From: Malacoraja senta
Lineage: Eukaryota
Assembly: GCA_038087875.1 (NCBI GenBank)
Contig: CM075993.1
Coordinates: 8,558,001 to 8,622,000, forward strand
DNA: 64,000 nucleotides
Direction of reading: 5' to 3'
The notes below the pieces were generated by a model, which was not told the origin of the DNA, did no database searches, and saw only the letters and a list, made by a program, of their open reading frames with translations. The translations under genes and the position numbers were made by a program. Within the stretch, counting starts at the first letter, position 1, and each line of letters starts with the position of its first letter. This document shows positions 11,165 through 24,231 of the stretch, piece after piece.

Positions 11165-14100
11165 GGTGTGAGAGGGAGTGATTACTTTGTTCAAAGTCAT
11201 GTGACTGGATCACATGAGGATGCTCAGCATTTTTATGACATCAGTTCAATGGTGTTCCTGGTTCCTGCCGTGAAGTCGGGCAGACTATTGTAATGTTTCT
11301 CCTGCGGACTCAGACATTTGTGTTGGAGACCTGATGCCTATTATGTATGTGTCTCGGAGGCTATGAGCAAAAGCAGCCTGCCTTTCTCGCAGTGTAAATA
11401 TCTTGTAGAATATGCCACCCTTACCCCTCAATGAAAGAAGTTTCCAATATTGACTGTACATTGCTATTTGTTGAGTTCACTGCATCATACGGATGGAGGG
11501 GCACTGTAAAACTGGTCCCTGTTGTAATTCTGACTTGTCCCTTGCATGCTGTCTCGTGGCCCGGCCACACCTGGATGGGACATGGTGAACTCCTGTGACT
11601 CTCATTGTTGACGTCCTGAACCAAGTGAGCAAGTTGTTTTTAAGTGACTGGATGAAGATGTTTGGGCAATGTTGGTGCTTTTAACCCCCAGTGTCTTCTC
11701 ACCCCCAGTTCCTTTTCATCGCAAACCCTGTCCAAGAATCACCATCACGACAAATACGTTTTTTATTGCCACTTGCATAAAGCAGCTGGGTCATCCTCGA
11801 GGGCGAGAGATTCATCATGTTAGTTTGCCACCACTGTAGGTTTAACGGGTTGACAGGCCTTTTTTGTACCCAGTGGGCAATGCTAGTGTCTGCCCAGAGT
11901 TGATTTAAATACATTGGCAGTGCAGACAAAGCTAGCTTCTCAGACTGAAGGATGTCAGTACTGGGCCATGCCCCTTCAGTTACCTGCTGTTAGCACCAAG
12001 CACTTCTAGCTCAACAGTAGCATGTCAAGGCCAATGGAGCAGAGTAGCTCCCTCTCCACCGCAGTGATATCTTATCCATAGCTCACACCGGCATTCCACA
12101 GACCTTACCCGTCCCAGCATCGCATCAACCTCTGGGCCAGTCCGCCGATGCAACAGAGGGGAAGCTGCTGGTCATCAGTGTGGGCTGAGTTTGCATCCAG
12201 ATCCGAGATCACAACACACCAGCCAGTTCCACTCTCAATATTTATTAGTCGATCATAGAAGGAGCACTTGGCACTGCCTCACCTCACACGTGAAGGACTT
12301 GTAGATGTGCGAGGTGGCAGGAGAGCAGTTGTATACACAGGTAGCTGTGCTATGAAAGAAGAAAAATGGTTCCAATTATACCGTTCTCCAACTTTGCATA
12401 TTGCACTTGTACGTGTACACACGCCACGCTTTCCTGCACACAATCGGAGCTGGGAAGAGCACGGATCATTCTGACACGAGCTCCAAGCACAATGGATGAT
12501 CCGAGCACTCTGGTCGTTCTGATCCACCTCTGGCTCCAAGTGAAGGCACTTAAAGATATAGTTTGTTACTTTGGAAACTTTTTCTGAGTTAGTGCAGTGG
12601 CACACAGATCTTGCCTCCCTATTAATCAGCGCCAGATCTATCATAACTGTCGGAGCCATTGACTCCCTTGTAAACATGTTGCATATGAAGGACATGCCTG
12701 ACTGGCTAAAGAGAGGCAGAATTGGTATCCCAAGGCCTTGAGAAATGTAAATAGGATATTTTATAAGTTGAGAGCAGGACCAGAAGATGACATCAAGACA
12801 TTTAGGAATAAGATCAACAGCTGTAAACCACTTCATTTCCCTCTGCTATTTCTACCAAACCTGTCAACAAAGCAAAGCAGGCAACTCTGCTCATCTGCAG
12901 GATACTGAACCGTAGGATAAGATTTTAAGCTTTCACTCCTTGTCACTGAACCTCTGTACATTCTGGGACAGTTAGAAATCCTGACATGTTTTGTCTTGTT
13001 ATAATCTCCTTTTGATGAGAATGTGAGGAGATTCGGAGCCATGCTGGCTGGCCAGGAGTGAGGGCGTCCAAACTGGAATGGTTTTCAGTACGCTATATCA
13101 ATATTCCATCACAAATTGTCATACTTTTAGCGAGTGAACTGAGCTGCCTTCTGTGCAGAACATGCTGGGGTTGCCCAGGGTCAGCTGATCTTTTCTCCAC
13201 TTCAAACATCTTTTATCCAATTTGGAAATATTGGACACGAGTGTCTAAATGGGCTACTTTCCAAATTCTCAAGAGTGTAATTAACTGAGCTTTCAGAGTG
13301 GGTGACTTTAAAACTTGTTGACTCAAAATGCTGATCCCTTCGCTGGAGCAACCAGGATAAATAATGTTTCCTCCTACACAATTCTAAGAGCAGGGCTGAT
13401 GGATAGGGCTGGGTGTGACCCCAGCAATGAGTTCCTCGTGTGGCTGCACGACATTGAATCGCTCTGCCCCCTTCCAAACAGCAACCTCCAGTCAGTGCTG
13501 CATTTGCATTGCAGCCTGCACCCTCCACCTGCCACAGTCCACACTTCAACCAGGTTGTAACCAGCTTGTTGGGCTGCAGGGTGGGGACTAACTTTGGCCA
13601 TAGATTTGCAACGAACGTTAAGTTTGGGGGAAGAGGAGAGTGGAGGTGAAGTTTGCTGAAACGCTGACCGACATTTGAGATTGGTCATCAAGCTTTCCCC
13701 CAGAATGGTGAAGTGTGGGCTTCATTCATATCCAGTTTAGGCATGGCCATGAGAGTGTGTCAGGGTGTTACACTGCACGTAAAGGAACATGGCAACTCTG
13801 TCTGTCATCACGTTGTCAAAGAGGGAAGTGTTCAACAAACGCATCACAGTTCATTTTACAACCTGTTTTCACTGTTTTGGGGTTTTTGGTGTTTTTCCCG
13901 CGACGCCTCACTTTGATCGTCTCGGCATTTCTTGGCTTTTTTGCTGCCTTTATTTCCCGACACCTGCCCAGCTCTCTCGCTCTCCCTCTCTCTCACATCC
14001 TTGTCCTTCTCCCACCACCAATACGTATTGTCCCCACCTCTCATGTGCAGAACCTCTTCACTGTTGCCAGGTGCTGTTTGCTGTAAATATTGTACAGAGA

Positions 14101-15965
14101 AACTATTGTAAAATGTTTAATTTTTTTTTAAATGAAAAATGTCCAAGATTCTGGTTTCTGGAATTTTTTGTTTGTGGGTGAATTTGTTTCCAAAATCCTA
14201 ATTATGTGATATTTACCTTTCTTGAACACTGCTGTTTGGTACTGGTGAATCCAACAGCATCCTTGGGTTCTTCTTTGGAATGACTAGATTCAGTGCTGAG
14301 GTTGGATTAAAAACCCGGTGATTCTGGAGTGCACGCCTCTTTGTACAAAACACCTCACCTGTAATACTCCCTCAAAGGCCAGAGTTAAATTCCTGATCAT
14401 TCCAAGGAGAACAGTCTATTGTATCAACTCGCTTCCTGAGCTATTGATGGAACTCTGAGCACCACAAACATCTCTTGTTTCTGACCCAGCCTCACAGTCA
14501 CCCACACTCACTCCCATGGTCATACAGAGATGTGTGGTTACATCCTTAAATGAGTAACCACTGGTAGGAACACAGAGTGCTGCCTTAGATCTGTTCTTCC
14601 AGATCAGTCTCCTTAAATCCATACCATCTTAAAGCCCTCATTTAACTGAAGCAAGAACAGAGGCGTTTCCAGGAGTTGTGTCTTACAGATTGGTGCGGAC
14701 CTCTGCCCAGCTGATGGACGCTGCCTGAGTCTGTGCCATCCTCTGACTAATTAGCACTGGTGCTGCCCTTGGATGCTCAGTCATGTTGCGTGGCATGCTT
14801 CACGTTTGGAACGTGCATTAGATGAGTTGAAGAGGGATGCCCCTTCACTATGACCTGAACACTGCTCTGGGGAACGACCCACACACTGACCCAGCTTAGT
14901 CAGTCCAGGATGGTTTGGATGATGCACTTCTTGACACCACGTCAGCAGTCCAGGGTCAGAGAGTTCCTGTTCATCTTTCCATCAGGTCTGCCGAAGCTCC
15001 AGTCCCTGTGGGTCACAGGTCAATATCCAGCCCAGCTGGGACCATCTGTTCCAGCGCAGAACATGGCAAACACTTGGTTCTGCAATTTACTGAGAGTTTC
15101 AATATAAAAGGGAACACTGAAGGGCAGAAACAAACTCTTGCTCCCTGCATCATCCGAGCATTTGGAAATAGCAACCACATTCTTTGAAAGCTCAGATACA
15201 AAATCCCAGTCACCACAACACAGACTTGCAATCCTACCCATAAATAGTCCACCCCTGGCATCTGGCGTCCAACCATACCACGTGGAACTGTGCCGGGCTG
15301 TCCCCTCTCCATCCTGTGGGCTTTAGGAACTGATTCCACAGGAGGTTATCAAACCTGACCTGTCGGTGACTTGTTGACATCAATAACCAGACTGGTCACC
15401 CGCCCGCTTGTGGGGATGATCCATGATAATGTTGAGAATCCATTGGTAGTTCCACCAGTCTCTGCTGCCGGGACATTCTCTCTCCGGGATGTACCTCTCC
15501 CAGAGCTCCGTGTCTCTGCCATCACAGTAGCCCTGCCACCATCCTTCACAGATCACGAGGGAGCACTGACCCCTTCCTCCCCAGCCAGAGGGGAAGGTCT
15601 GGCCATTCTTTCTCTCACTTGTATAGTTTCCTGAACCCACTCCCCTCCCCACCCCGTGAATGTAGCTGTGCGTCAGACTGACGGAGCCTCACGGTACTTG
15701 TATAGTTTCCTGAACCCACTCCCCTCCCCACCCCGTGAATGTAGCTGTGCGTCAGACTGACGGAGCCTCACGGTACTTGAAGTGTCGACGTTTACAACCT
15801 CTTTTTTTTGTTGCTGCGTTGGATTTGGTTTCTTTAAGTGAAATGGAAGCTCTTACTGGTGTATCACATGTAAAGTGTATATTAAGGAGTTCTTTTTTTA
15901 TACAGTACTGTACCTTGCCTTGTGCATTTAGGCAAAAAAAGTAATAAATCTTTTTATGAGACAAT
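11165..15965 (+). other. ZNF609: Probable terminal non-coding exon (3'UTR) of the ZNF609-like gene
   Basis: Branch-like CTAAC at about 11139 and TTTTCTGTTTCAG acceptor ending at 11164. About 4.8 kb with no recognisable TE in a TE-saturated locus and no long ORF. Three UGUAAAUA motifs (11393, 12746, 14082) and a poly(A) signal at 15943. Confidence 0.65.
15617..15779. repeat. Exact 79-bp tandem duplication bounded by ACTTG
   Basis: 15617-15695 equals 15696-15774; ACTTG occurs at 15617, 15696 and 15775. Confidence 0.95.
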
Positions 15966-15990
15966 CACAATCCTTGTTTGGTCTCTTTCC
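15943..15990 (+). terminator. Polyadenylation signal AATAAA with downstream GU/U-rich element
   Basis: AATAAA at 15943-15948, upstream TGTA elements, and CCTTGTTTGGTCTCTTTCC about 25-40 nt downstream. Repeats resume shortly afterwards. Confidence 0.65.
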
Positions 15991-17204
15991 TCAGGAGTTA
16001 GTTTGAGGATTAGTGAATGCTTACAGAGTATGTGTGGTTAGGATGGCTTTTAGAGGACAGGGAGCAATGCTGGAATCTGGAGCAAAAAAAAGGAGAGCTG
16101 TTGGAAGAACTCAGTGGGTCAGGCAGCATCTGTGGAGGGATACCGTTGGTCACCGTTTCAGGTTCTGATGCAGGGTCTCAGCCCGAAATGTCAACTATTT
16201 CCCTCCACATATGCTGCCCGACCCACGGAGTTCCTCCTGTGGCTCAGGATTTGGGAGGGATCTGCCTGCCTCGCACTGCCCAAGAAAGGTGTGAGGGGCA
16301 TTCACTGACCTTTTGGTGATGGTGATTGCACCACCTCGCCTCTGCCACCTTGATTCAGTTATTGGGCTCCAAGACATTGGGCACTGCAAGGATAAGGGGA
16401 GCACCCTCACCAAGTGAAGCCTAAAGTGTGCCTGTGGAAACTCCCACACTAGGAAGTGAACAGGGAGGTCTTGACAGGGAATAACCAATCACAGCAGGTC
16501 ATTGAAATTGGATCAAAGCAAATATCTCATTATCCAGTACAGTAATTGATGACCTTTTCAATGTTATAGAGTGCCAGATCATTTTCAAATAAATTGGGAA
16601 GGTAGGATTAATACCAGCAGTCAGCAAGGACTTGGGGGGGGGGGGGGGGGGGGGTTTGTTTCAATGGTGTATGCCTAATTCCTTATTAACAATCATTCCT
16701 TCACTGGATAGATTTCTCTTTCTGAAATTCATTTGAAGGAATTCAAAGTCAAAACATATGATAGGATTGCAATTTCTGAATAGTGAATGTCCTGAAAAAA
16801 GCTGTGACTAAATTACGGACCCAGCAGAGGATTTGACGGGCTCAATTCCCCCGACTGTTCAGCACTTGACAACAATGAGCCTGACATCTGCAAATCCCAG
16901 GCCAGACTGAAATGGCATGTGAGGCCATCCATTCTCTGAGAGAATAATCCGATTCATTGCTCTTCCATGCTCAGGATAAGTTTTCATCTGGTTGTTTTTT
17001 GAATCATGTTATTGAACCTGCATGTCTTCAGACAGTACAGTCACAATCACAATGACTTGTGAACACGATTCTCATTTCCCTGATGAAAGCTTTTTCCAGT
17101 GAGTGGTTACTGCAGGTGAAATTGCAGTGGTAAAATTAAGACCCAATTCATTAATCTTAAATGCTTGGTTTCAAAACCAAGACGATGAACAAAAATCTAT
17201 TGAA

Positions 17205-17395
17205 AGTGTTTAGGAGGGAACTGCAGATGCTGGTTTACACCGAAGATAGACACAAACAGCTGGAGTAACTCTGGAGTAAAGGCTGGACAGGCAACATCTC
17301 TGAATAGAAGTCTAAAGAAGGGTCTCGAACTGAAACATCACCCATTCCTTCTATCCAGAGATGTCCCACTGAGTTACTTCAGCTTTTTGTGACTA
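17205..17395. mobile_element. Palindromic non-autonomous Penelope-derived element
   Basis: The arms (GAACTGCAGATGCTGG...GGAGTAACTC / GAGTTACTTCAGCTTTTTGTG) are inverted copies of the PLE 3' terminal sequence at 28790-28920. Similar copies at about 16060-16250, 51545-51727, 55055-55237 and 62583-62755. Confidence 0.7.
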
Positions 17396-18889
17396 ATTGC
17401 AATTGTTGCTGGGTGTAACCCAGAACAAGTCGATGAGAAGAAACCGCCTATTTCATCAGGATCTTTGAGCTGTCACCTCACCCAACACTGGATTGACATT
17501 TTGGTGTCACAAGATACATGCCCCAAGTAAACCACGGCAAGCAACACATGGCTGGGTCTGCATCACAACTCCACATGTTCTCTTCCCCTCCCCACCACTT
17601 TATTTTGATGTTTCATAACAAAGAACAGACTGTGTGTGTTCTCCCTGTGACTGTGGGTTTTATTCGGGAGTTCCAGTTTCCTCCACATTCCAGAGATATG
17701 CAGGTTTGTAGTTTGATTGGCTTCTGTAAATTGTCCCTAGTGTGTAGGATGCAATAGTGGGATAACAACAAACTAGTGTATGGGTGATCATTGGTTGACG
17801 TGGACTCGGTGAGTTTCACTCTGTGCCTTGAATGAATGTAAACAAAACTCGCCTTCCCCTCCATGGGTCCAGAGTGACACACACCATCCATCCACTACAA
17901 GACTACACACAGACCAGTCTCACTGAAATTCCCCAGCCTTGGAGTCTGGATTGGACTGATTATCATTTCCCCGAGGAGTTTAAGACTGAGGAAGGTGTTT
18001 TTAATCATTTTGTAAATTTGTGTCAGTATTGATTTGCAAGTTTTTATACTTTAATAACTTTTTTGTTTTTCAATTTTCATGGATTTTTGTTAATTATTTA
18101 CATTGCTTTTAACAGTCTTTAATTAAATATCTGAATATCACAGGCAATTTAAAAATTATAAAAAGGCTGACTGGCTGTGAGAGTGTGTGCCCCAGCTCCT
18201 CACGTCCGGGCACTCTGGGGCAAGGCTTGCATCCCATCATTAAGACCACACCGTGTGACTTATATCAGCAAGATCACCCCTCTATACGTGACCCTGGTTT
18301 GTACAGGGGGCTGGGCAACGTCGCGATTGACCGGATTCACCCCATAGACCCTCTCCACAGAAGCTGCCTGACCGGCTGAGTATTTCCAGCAGCTCCTGCG
18401 TTTTTTTTCCATCATTTGCAGTACTTTACTCTTGCGGCTTGAATGTGTTACCGGTTCACATTTACAGAGTCAGGGTACTGATGGAATAAGAGTAAAGTGA
18501 AGCAGATTTCATTGACTCTGTCACACTGAATAACGCCCTCGCCTTTCGAGGCGCGCTGGCCCCATCTGGTGGTGGGTGGCTGCTTCAGCGACACAGTTGG
18601 ACATCACACCACATGAGGGTGACACAACTCAACACCAATTCATTGGATGGAAGTTTTGGATCCATGTTTATAACATTCTAGATATAAGAAATGGTGAAGC
18701 TGGAAAGGGTAGTGTTCAATGCTGAATTATGAATACTTTTTTCCTTTTGGAATTGAGAAGAAATGTTCATGACACTCTTACTAAACGAGGTATCCAAAAT
18801 CTCATGTTCTATAGCCATAGGTGTATTATAATGTCACCTCATTAATAATAAATCTACAGTTATTATTGGCAGCCTGCAGCTGTAATGTA

Positions 18890-20280
18890 AATCAAAAAAA
18901 CACAAATGCTGGATATCTGAAATTAAAAAGGGGGCATGTTTGGAAATAGCATCTCAGACAGCATCTGTGGAGATGGTGGACAGATGATGTTTCAGGTCGG
19001 GACCCATCTTCAGACATGCGTAGGAGGGAGGAAGAGGCTCGAGAAGAGGGGCAAAGTGTGGTGATAGGCAGATACAGGAGATACAAAGTCTAATGGTAAA
19101 AAGCCAACAAAAGGTGTAAGATAAGGAAAGAAGATGCGATGTGAAACCTAAAGTTGGAAGGAAAAATATGGGTGGAATGGGTCAAGTGAGGAAAAGTGGA
19201 TAAAAGGAAAATATGGACAGGGGGCAATGGTTTGTCGAAATGGTCATCTCGGTCCTGCCGATGTTAAAAAGGTCACTTCAGGAGCACTAGATGCAATAGA
19301 TAGGTTGGATGAACTTTGTGCAGGTGAACTTTGAAGAACTGCTGGGGTCCCTGGAGAAGGCATGGATACAGATGTTACATCTCCTGCGGTTGCAAGAAAA
19401 GGTACCTGGGGAGGGGCGGGGTGGATAGCAGATGAGCAAATGAAGTTGTGGAGCGAGCGGTGTCTACGGAAAGGGGTGGGGACGGGAAGATGTGCCTGAC
19501 AGCGAGTCACATTGAAGATGGTGCAAATTTCAGAGTTACATTGGATGCGGAGGCTGATGGAGTTAAAGGTGAGGACCACAGGAATTCTATCCTAATTCCA
19601 TTTGGGGGGAGGGAGAGCAGAACTGTGGGACACAGAGGAGACGTGGGTAAAGGCTGCATCCACAGCAGCAGGGGAAAGCCACGTTTTACTGAAGAAAGAA
19701 CATCTTTCACGTATAGTCTTTCCACTGACTGGATAGGAAGCAACAAAAAAAGCTTTTCATTATACCTCTGCACACATGACAATAAACTAAACTAAACTAA
19801 TCTCAGATGCCCTGGAGTGAAAGCCTCATCTTGGAAGATATAGCGGAAATAGAGAAATTGCAAGTGTGATGCTGTCCTTGCAAGAGGCATGGTGGGAGGA
19901 GTTGTAATCAATGTAACTGTGGGTTGGTAGATTGGTAGTAGATGTCAGTTGATAGTCTGATCCTTTCACCCATATTCCTCCCACTGGCTTTATATTTCAC
20001 ACCACTCTTCTTTACCTATTGTCTCCTTTTCACCTCTACCCCTTTTTACTTACATCCATCAGCCAATTACTCCCCCCCCCCACTTTTGAATCCATTTATC
20101 ACTTGCCCTGAACCCACCTCTCTTTTCTAGATTCCTCCCACTACTCAAATGAGTCTCAAGAAGAGTCCTGACCCAAAACATCATTTGTTCGTGCCCTCCA
20201 CAGATACTGTCAGACCTGCTGAGTTCCTCCAGCAGTTTGTTTTTGCTCAAGACTCCAACATCTGCAGTTTCTTATGACTC
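18890..20280 (-). mobile_element. Degenerate Penelope-like element with inverted terminal-repeat arrangement
   Basis: Minus-strand GIY-YIG-region remnants at 19244-19650, homologous to 28117-28683. PLE terminal sequence on - at about 18895-19012 and on + at about 20150-20280. Confidence 0.65.
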
Positions 20281-20482
20281 CATGTACCTGTCTAATTTAT
20301 TGGAAAGATTGGCATTGGAACCACCTCTACAGCTTGTTCCATGTACGCACCACCCTCTGGGTGAAGAAATTGCTGCTCGGGTCTCTTAATATTTCCTCTC
20401 TCACCTTAAACTGACTCCTTCTAGTTCTGGACTCGACCCTGGGAAAAATAACTTATCTATGCTTCTCATGATTTTGTACATA

Positions 20483-21741
20483 CAGTGCATTCAGAAAGTA
20501 TTCAGACACCTTCACCTTTTCCACATTTTGTTACGTTACAGCCTTATTCTAAAATTGATTAAATTCTTTTTTTTTTAATCATCAATCTACACACTATATC
20601 TCATAATAAAAAAGCGAAAACAGGCATTTAGAAATTTTTGCAAAGTAATTAAAAAGAAATAACTGAATATCACATTTACATAAGTATTCAGACCCTTTAC
20701 TCAGTACTTTGTTGAGGCACCTTCGACAGCGATTACAGCCTCAAGTCTTCTTGGGTATGACGCTACAAGCTTGGCACACCTGTATTTGGGTAATTTCTCC
20801 CATTCTTCTCTGCAGATCCACTCAAGCTCTGTCAGGTTGGATGGGGAGCGTCGATGCACAGCTATTTTCAGGTCCCTCCAGAGATGTTCGATCGGGTTCA
20901 AGTAGTGGGTTCAAGTAGGGTTTGAGTAGTGGCTCTGGCTGGGCCACTCAGGGACATTCACAGACTTGTCACGAAGCCGCTCCTGTGTTGTCTTGGCTGC
21001 ATGCTTAGGGTCATTGTCCTCTTGAAAGGTGAACCTCTGCCCCAGTCTGAGGTACAGAACATTCTGGAGCAGGTTTTCATCAAGGATCTCTCTGAACTTT
21101 TCTCCGTTTATCTTTCTTGGTCACCTCCCTGACCAAGGCCCTTCTCCCCCGATTGCTCAGTTTGGCCAGGCGGCCAGCTCTATGAAGCGTCCTGGTGGTT
21201 TCAAAGTTCTTCCATTTAAGAATGACGGAGGCCACTGTGCTCTTCAGGACCTGCAAAGCTGCAGAAATTGTTTTATACCCTTCCCCAGATCTGTGTATCG
21301 ACACAATCCTGTCTCGGAGGTCTACGGACAATTCCTTCGTCTTCATGGCTTGGTTTTTGCTCTGACATGCACTGTCAACTGTGGGACCTTATATAGACAG
21401 GTGTGTGCCTTTTCAAATCATGTCCAATCAATTTAATTTACCACTGCTGGACTCCAATCAAGTTGTAGAAACATCTCAAGGATAATCAATGGAAACAGGA
21501 TGAACCTAAGCTCAATTTTGAGTGTCATTGCAAAGGGTCTGAATACTTATGTAAATGTAATATTTCAGTTATCTATTTTTAAATACTTTGCAAAAATTTC
21601 TAAACACGTGTTTTTGCTTCTTCATTCTGGGGTATTGTGTGTAGATTGATGATAAAAAAAAATCATCCATTTTAAAATAAGGCTGTAACGTAACAAAATG
21701 TGGAAAAAGTGAAGGGGTCTGAATACTTTTTGAATGCACAG
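20483..21741 (-). mobile_element. Tc1 DNA transposon with internal deletion
   Basis: TA at 20481-20482 and 21742-21743. About 210-bp TIRs starting CAGTGCATTCAGAAAGTATTCAGAC. The N-terminus MKTKELSVDLRDRIV...AGRLAKLS and the C-terminus NPIEHLWRDLK...GASTKY are present; the middle is deleted at about 21116. Confidence 0.95.
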
Positions 21742-22771
21742 TACATATAACTTTATATATTCTATATCATTTGTATTTTACCTGCCATAACACAAAAGTT
21801 TTGTTCCTAAGAAACCTTGTGCCATAGAAAATTGAGTTATAAAAACAATTGAGGAAAAAGCAGTTTGAGGCTCAAGTTTCAGACTCGCAATAACAGTTAC
21901 TTTTTCCCCCACAGGATTTCCAAAATTAAAGGTCTTTATAGGTTTATTTTTGATACTGCAAACTGAAAATACTAAAGGCTGCATGTTACATTGTTTAATA
22001 TAGTATCATTGCACAAGCATCAATAGAAACAATTGCTAGTCAATTTCAATGATAATCCGTGGTGAAACTGACAAAAAAAAACGGTGCTTTTAAGACATAA
22101 TGGTGTCGGATTACTACAGGAATATTGGTGTTTTTCCTACACTTTTTTCCCCAAGCAGCTTTTTCCCTACTTGCCAATTTTCAAAGTAATTTTTTAAACG
22201 TTTCCAATCAAAATTGCCTTATAACCAATTTGGCACACATGTTCCCCTATTCATCAACAGTGTTGTATTCAATTCACAGTATGGAAACGCCCTATATAGC
22301 AGAACCACCTCGATCTCCATAAGGTCACCGCTCAGCCTCCTACGCTCCATGGAAGAAAATCCCAGGCTAAACAGCCTCTCCTTATAATGCAAGTACTGGC
22401 AACATCCTGGTGAATCTTTTCTGCATGCATTCCAGCTTGATGACATCCTTCCTCGAACAGGGCAACCAAAGGGTGTATGAATCTCAGGGTGCAAGGAATC
22501 TACCAGGGTTTAGGAATCTCTCCGAGTGCGGGGATCTTGGGGTTCAAGGACCTTTGAGGTGCAAGTATCTCAGGGTGCAGTGATCTTGAGGTATCCAGTG
22601 CAGATAAGAGATCAGTTCACTCTCCAGAATCCCACAACCCTTCTGTCAGGAGCATTGAATCCAAATAATCACAGGTCGTGTACATATAACTTTATATATT
22701 CTATATAATTTGTATTTTACCTGCCATAACACAAAAGTTTTGTTCCTAAGAAACCTTGTGCCATAGAAAAT
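21742..22771. repeat. 91-bp direct repeat pair (21742-21832 and 22681-22771)
   Basis: TACATATAACTTTATATATTCTATAT...GCCATAGAAAAT occurs twice, with one mismatch and an offset of 939 bp. Confidence 0.9.
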
Positions 22772-23409
22772 GACTGTGTGTAGCACACATGTTTAATGTG
22801 CCCTTCCCAAAGTGGTCTGATTGAATCTCCCTCCAGTAGGGGGAAGAGTTTCTCTGAGACACCTAAACCTTGTTCAGCACTCCAGTTTTAAACTTTTAAG
22901 CTCAAAGGCTGGATAATGCATTTCTCCATCTCTAGAAATCTTCAAATCCTGAGTAAATGATGCAGATTACAACTTGTTATTGAAGCTCAGCATTCCTGTC
23001 ACACATCATTAACTGTGGCTGAATAAATCCATGGAGAAGTGTTTTGATATTTGGAACTGGTAAACAATAGTCCCGTAGCAAGTGGGGCTCACGGTGCAAA
23101 GTCAGCAGTGTGTCAAAGCCCAGCCTGTTGACAGTCCACACTACCGTTATCTATTGGCATTACATTTTTGCAATGTTTTTTGATCAGATTTGAAGATCGT
23201 GGGTGTAGATTGATGATGCATGTGAATCAATCACACTTAGCCAGCATCACTAACTCTACCCCATTATAACATTTATACTAATGCCCATTCCCAGCACCGT
23301 TAGTTGAAGCAGCTAGGATGTACTGACAACACCTCGTTTTGTAATGCTGCCAAGTTACTGTGCTGATTAAAGATGTGTGTAAATCTTATACAGTTTGAAG
23401 TGATTTACA

Positions 23410-23428
23410 TGGTGTCAGAAGTGGGATT
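23410..23428 (+). promoter_or_regulatory. Primer-binding site complementary to the tRNA-Leu 3' end
   Basis: TGGTGTCAGAAGTGGGATT directly follows the 5' LTR. Its reverse complement AATCCCACTTCTGACACCA is the recalled vertebrate tRNA-Leu(CAA) 3' end. Confidence 0.85.
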
Positions 23429-24125
23429 AATGCACAGGCGGATTTCATCCTTTCCCTTCTTGACTGTGGCAATCATGGTTGAGACCCAGTCGGTGGGGTC
23501 GCTGACTGCTTCAATTACGCCTTTGGAGACCATGTCCTTCAGCATAGAGTGAACCCTGTCAGTCATGGCAAATGACAATCGGTGCAGGGCTCGGATTACG
23601 GGTGTCACATCGGGGTCAGTAATAATCTTGTAGGACACAGGCAACTTGCCTAGGTTGTTGTCGAAGAGACCAGGGAATTCATTCAGTGGATCAAAAGAAA
23701 CTTGCAGTTTGTGGACAGTTTTATCAAAGGAAATCAGCCCCAGTTCCTGACAGGCACGATTGCCAAGCAGAGTAACTGAATTAAAGTTCAACACATAGAA
23801 GGTCAATTCCCTCGTTGTTTTCTTCAGTACACATTTCAAGTTGATTTTGCCCAGAGGAACTAGTACCTCCCCACCAAAAGCATGTAAAGTGGACGCGTCC
23901 TTGACAAGTGGCTCGTTAGCTCTAATCTTGTTAAAAAGGTTGATTGACATTGTGTTAACCTTCACGCCAGTATCCAATTTCGCGCCAAAAACAACATTGT
24001 TTACAGATATCGTCACTGTAGGATCAGAGTTCTTGGCAGCAGCACGCTGTAACGTGTAAACAGTCGGGTCGTCTTGCGAGTTAATTGGAATATATTCGGG
24101 GGCGGCTTCGAGCTGGAAATGGGGA
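23423..24125 (-). pseudogene. Inverted Gypsy protease and RT N-terminal segment
   Basis: The minus-strand ORF contains aspartic protease KLDTG and the RT start GVIEAVSDPTDWVS...EIRLCINP, in opposite orientation to the LTRs and the rest of pol. Confidence 0.9.
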
Positions 24126-24231
24126 GTCAGTATGTTGCCGTCTCCTGAGATGGCCAGAGTTATCGCTCGAGGAAGCGGTGCACGCATGTAGAACAGCTGA
24201 ACTTGTCGATCCCATAGACATTTCGCATGAA

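Noticed and set aside
11165..11293. 42-codon open frame GVRGSDYFVQ... at the start of the terminal exon
   Set aside because: It lies downstream of the stop codon, is not joined in frame by either donor, and has no recognisable homology.
12279..14181. Several 100-185 aa ORFs on both strands
   Set aside because: No recognisable domains; they overlap on both strands and fall inside the probable 3'UTR.
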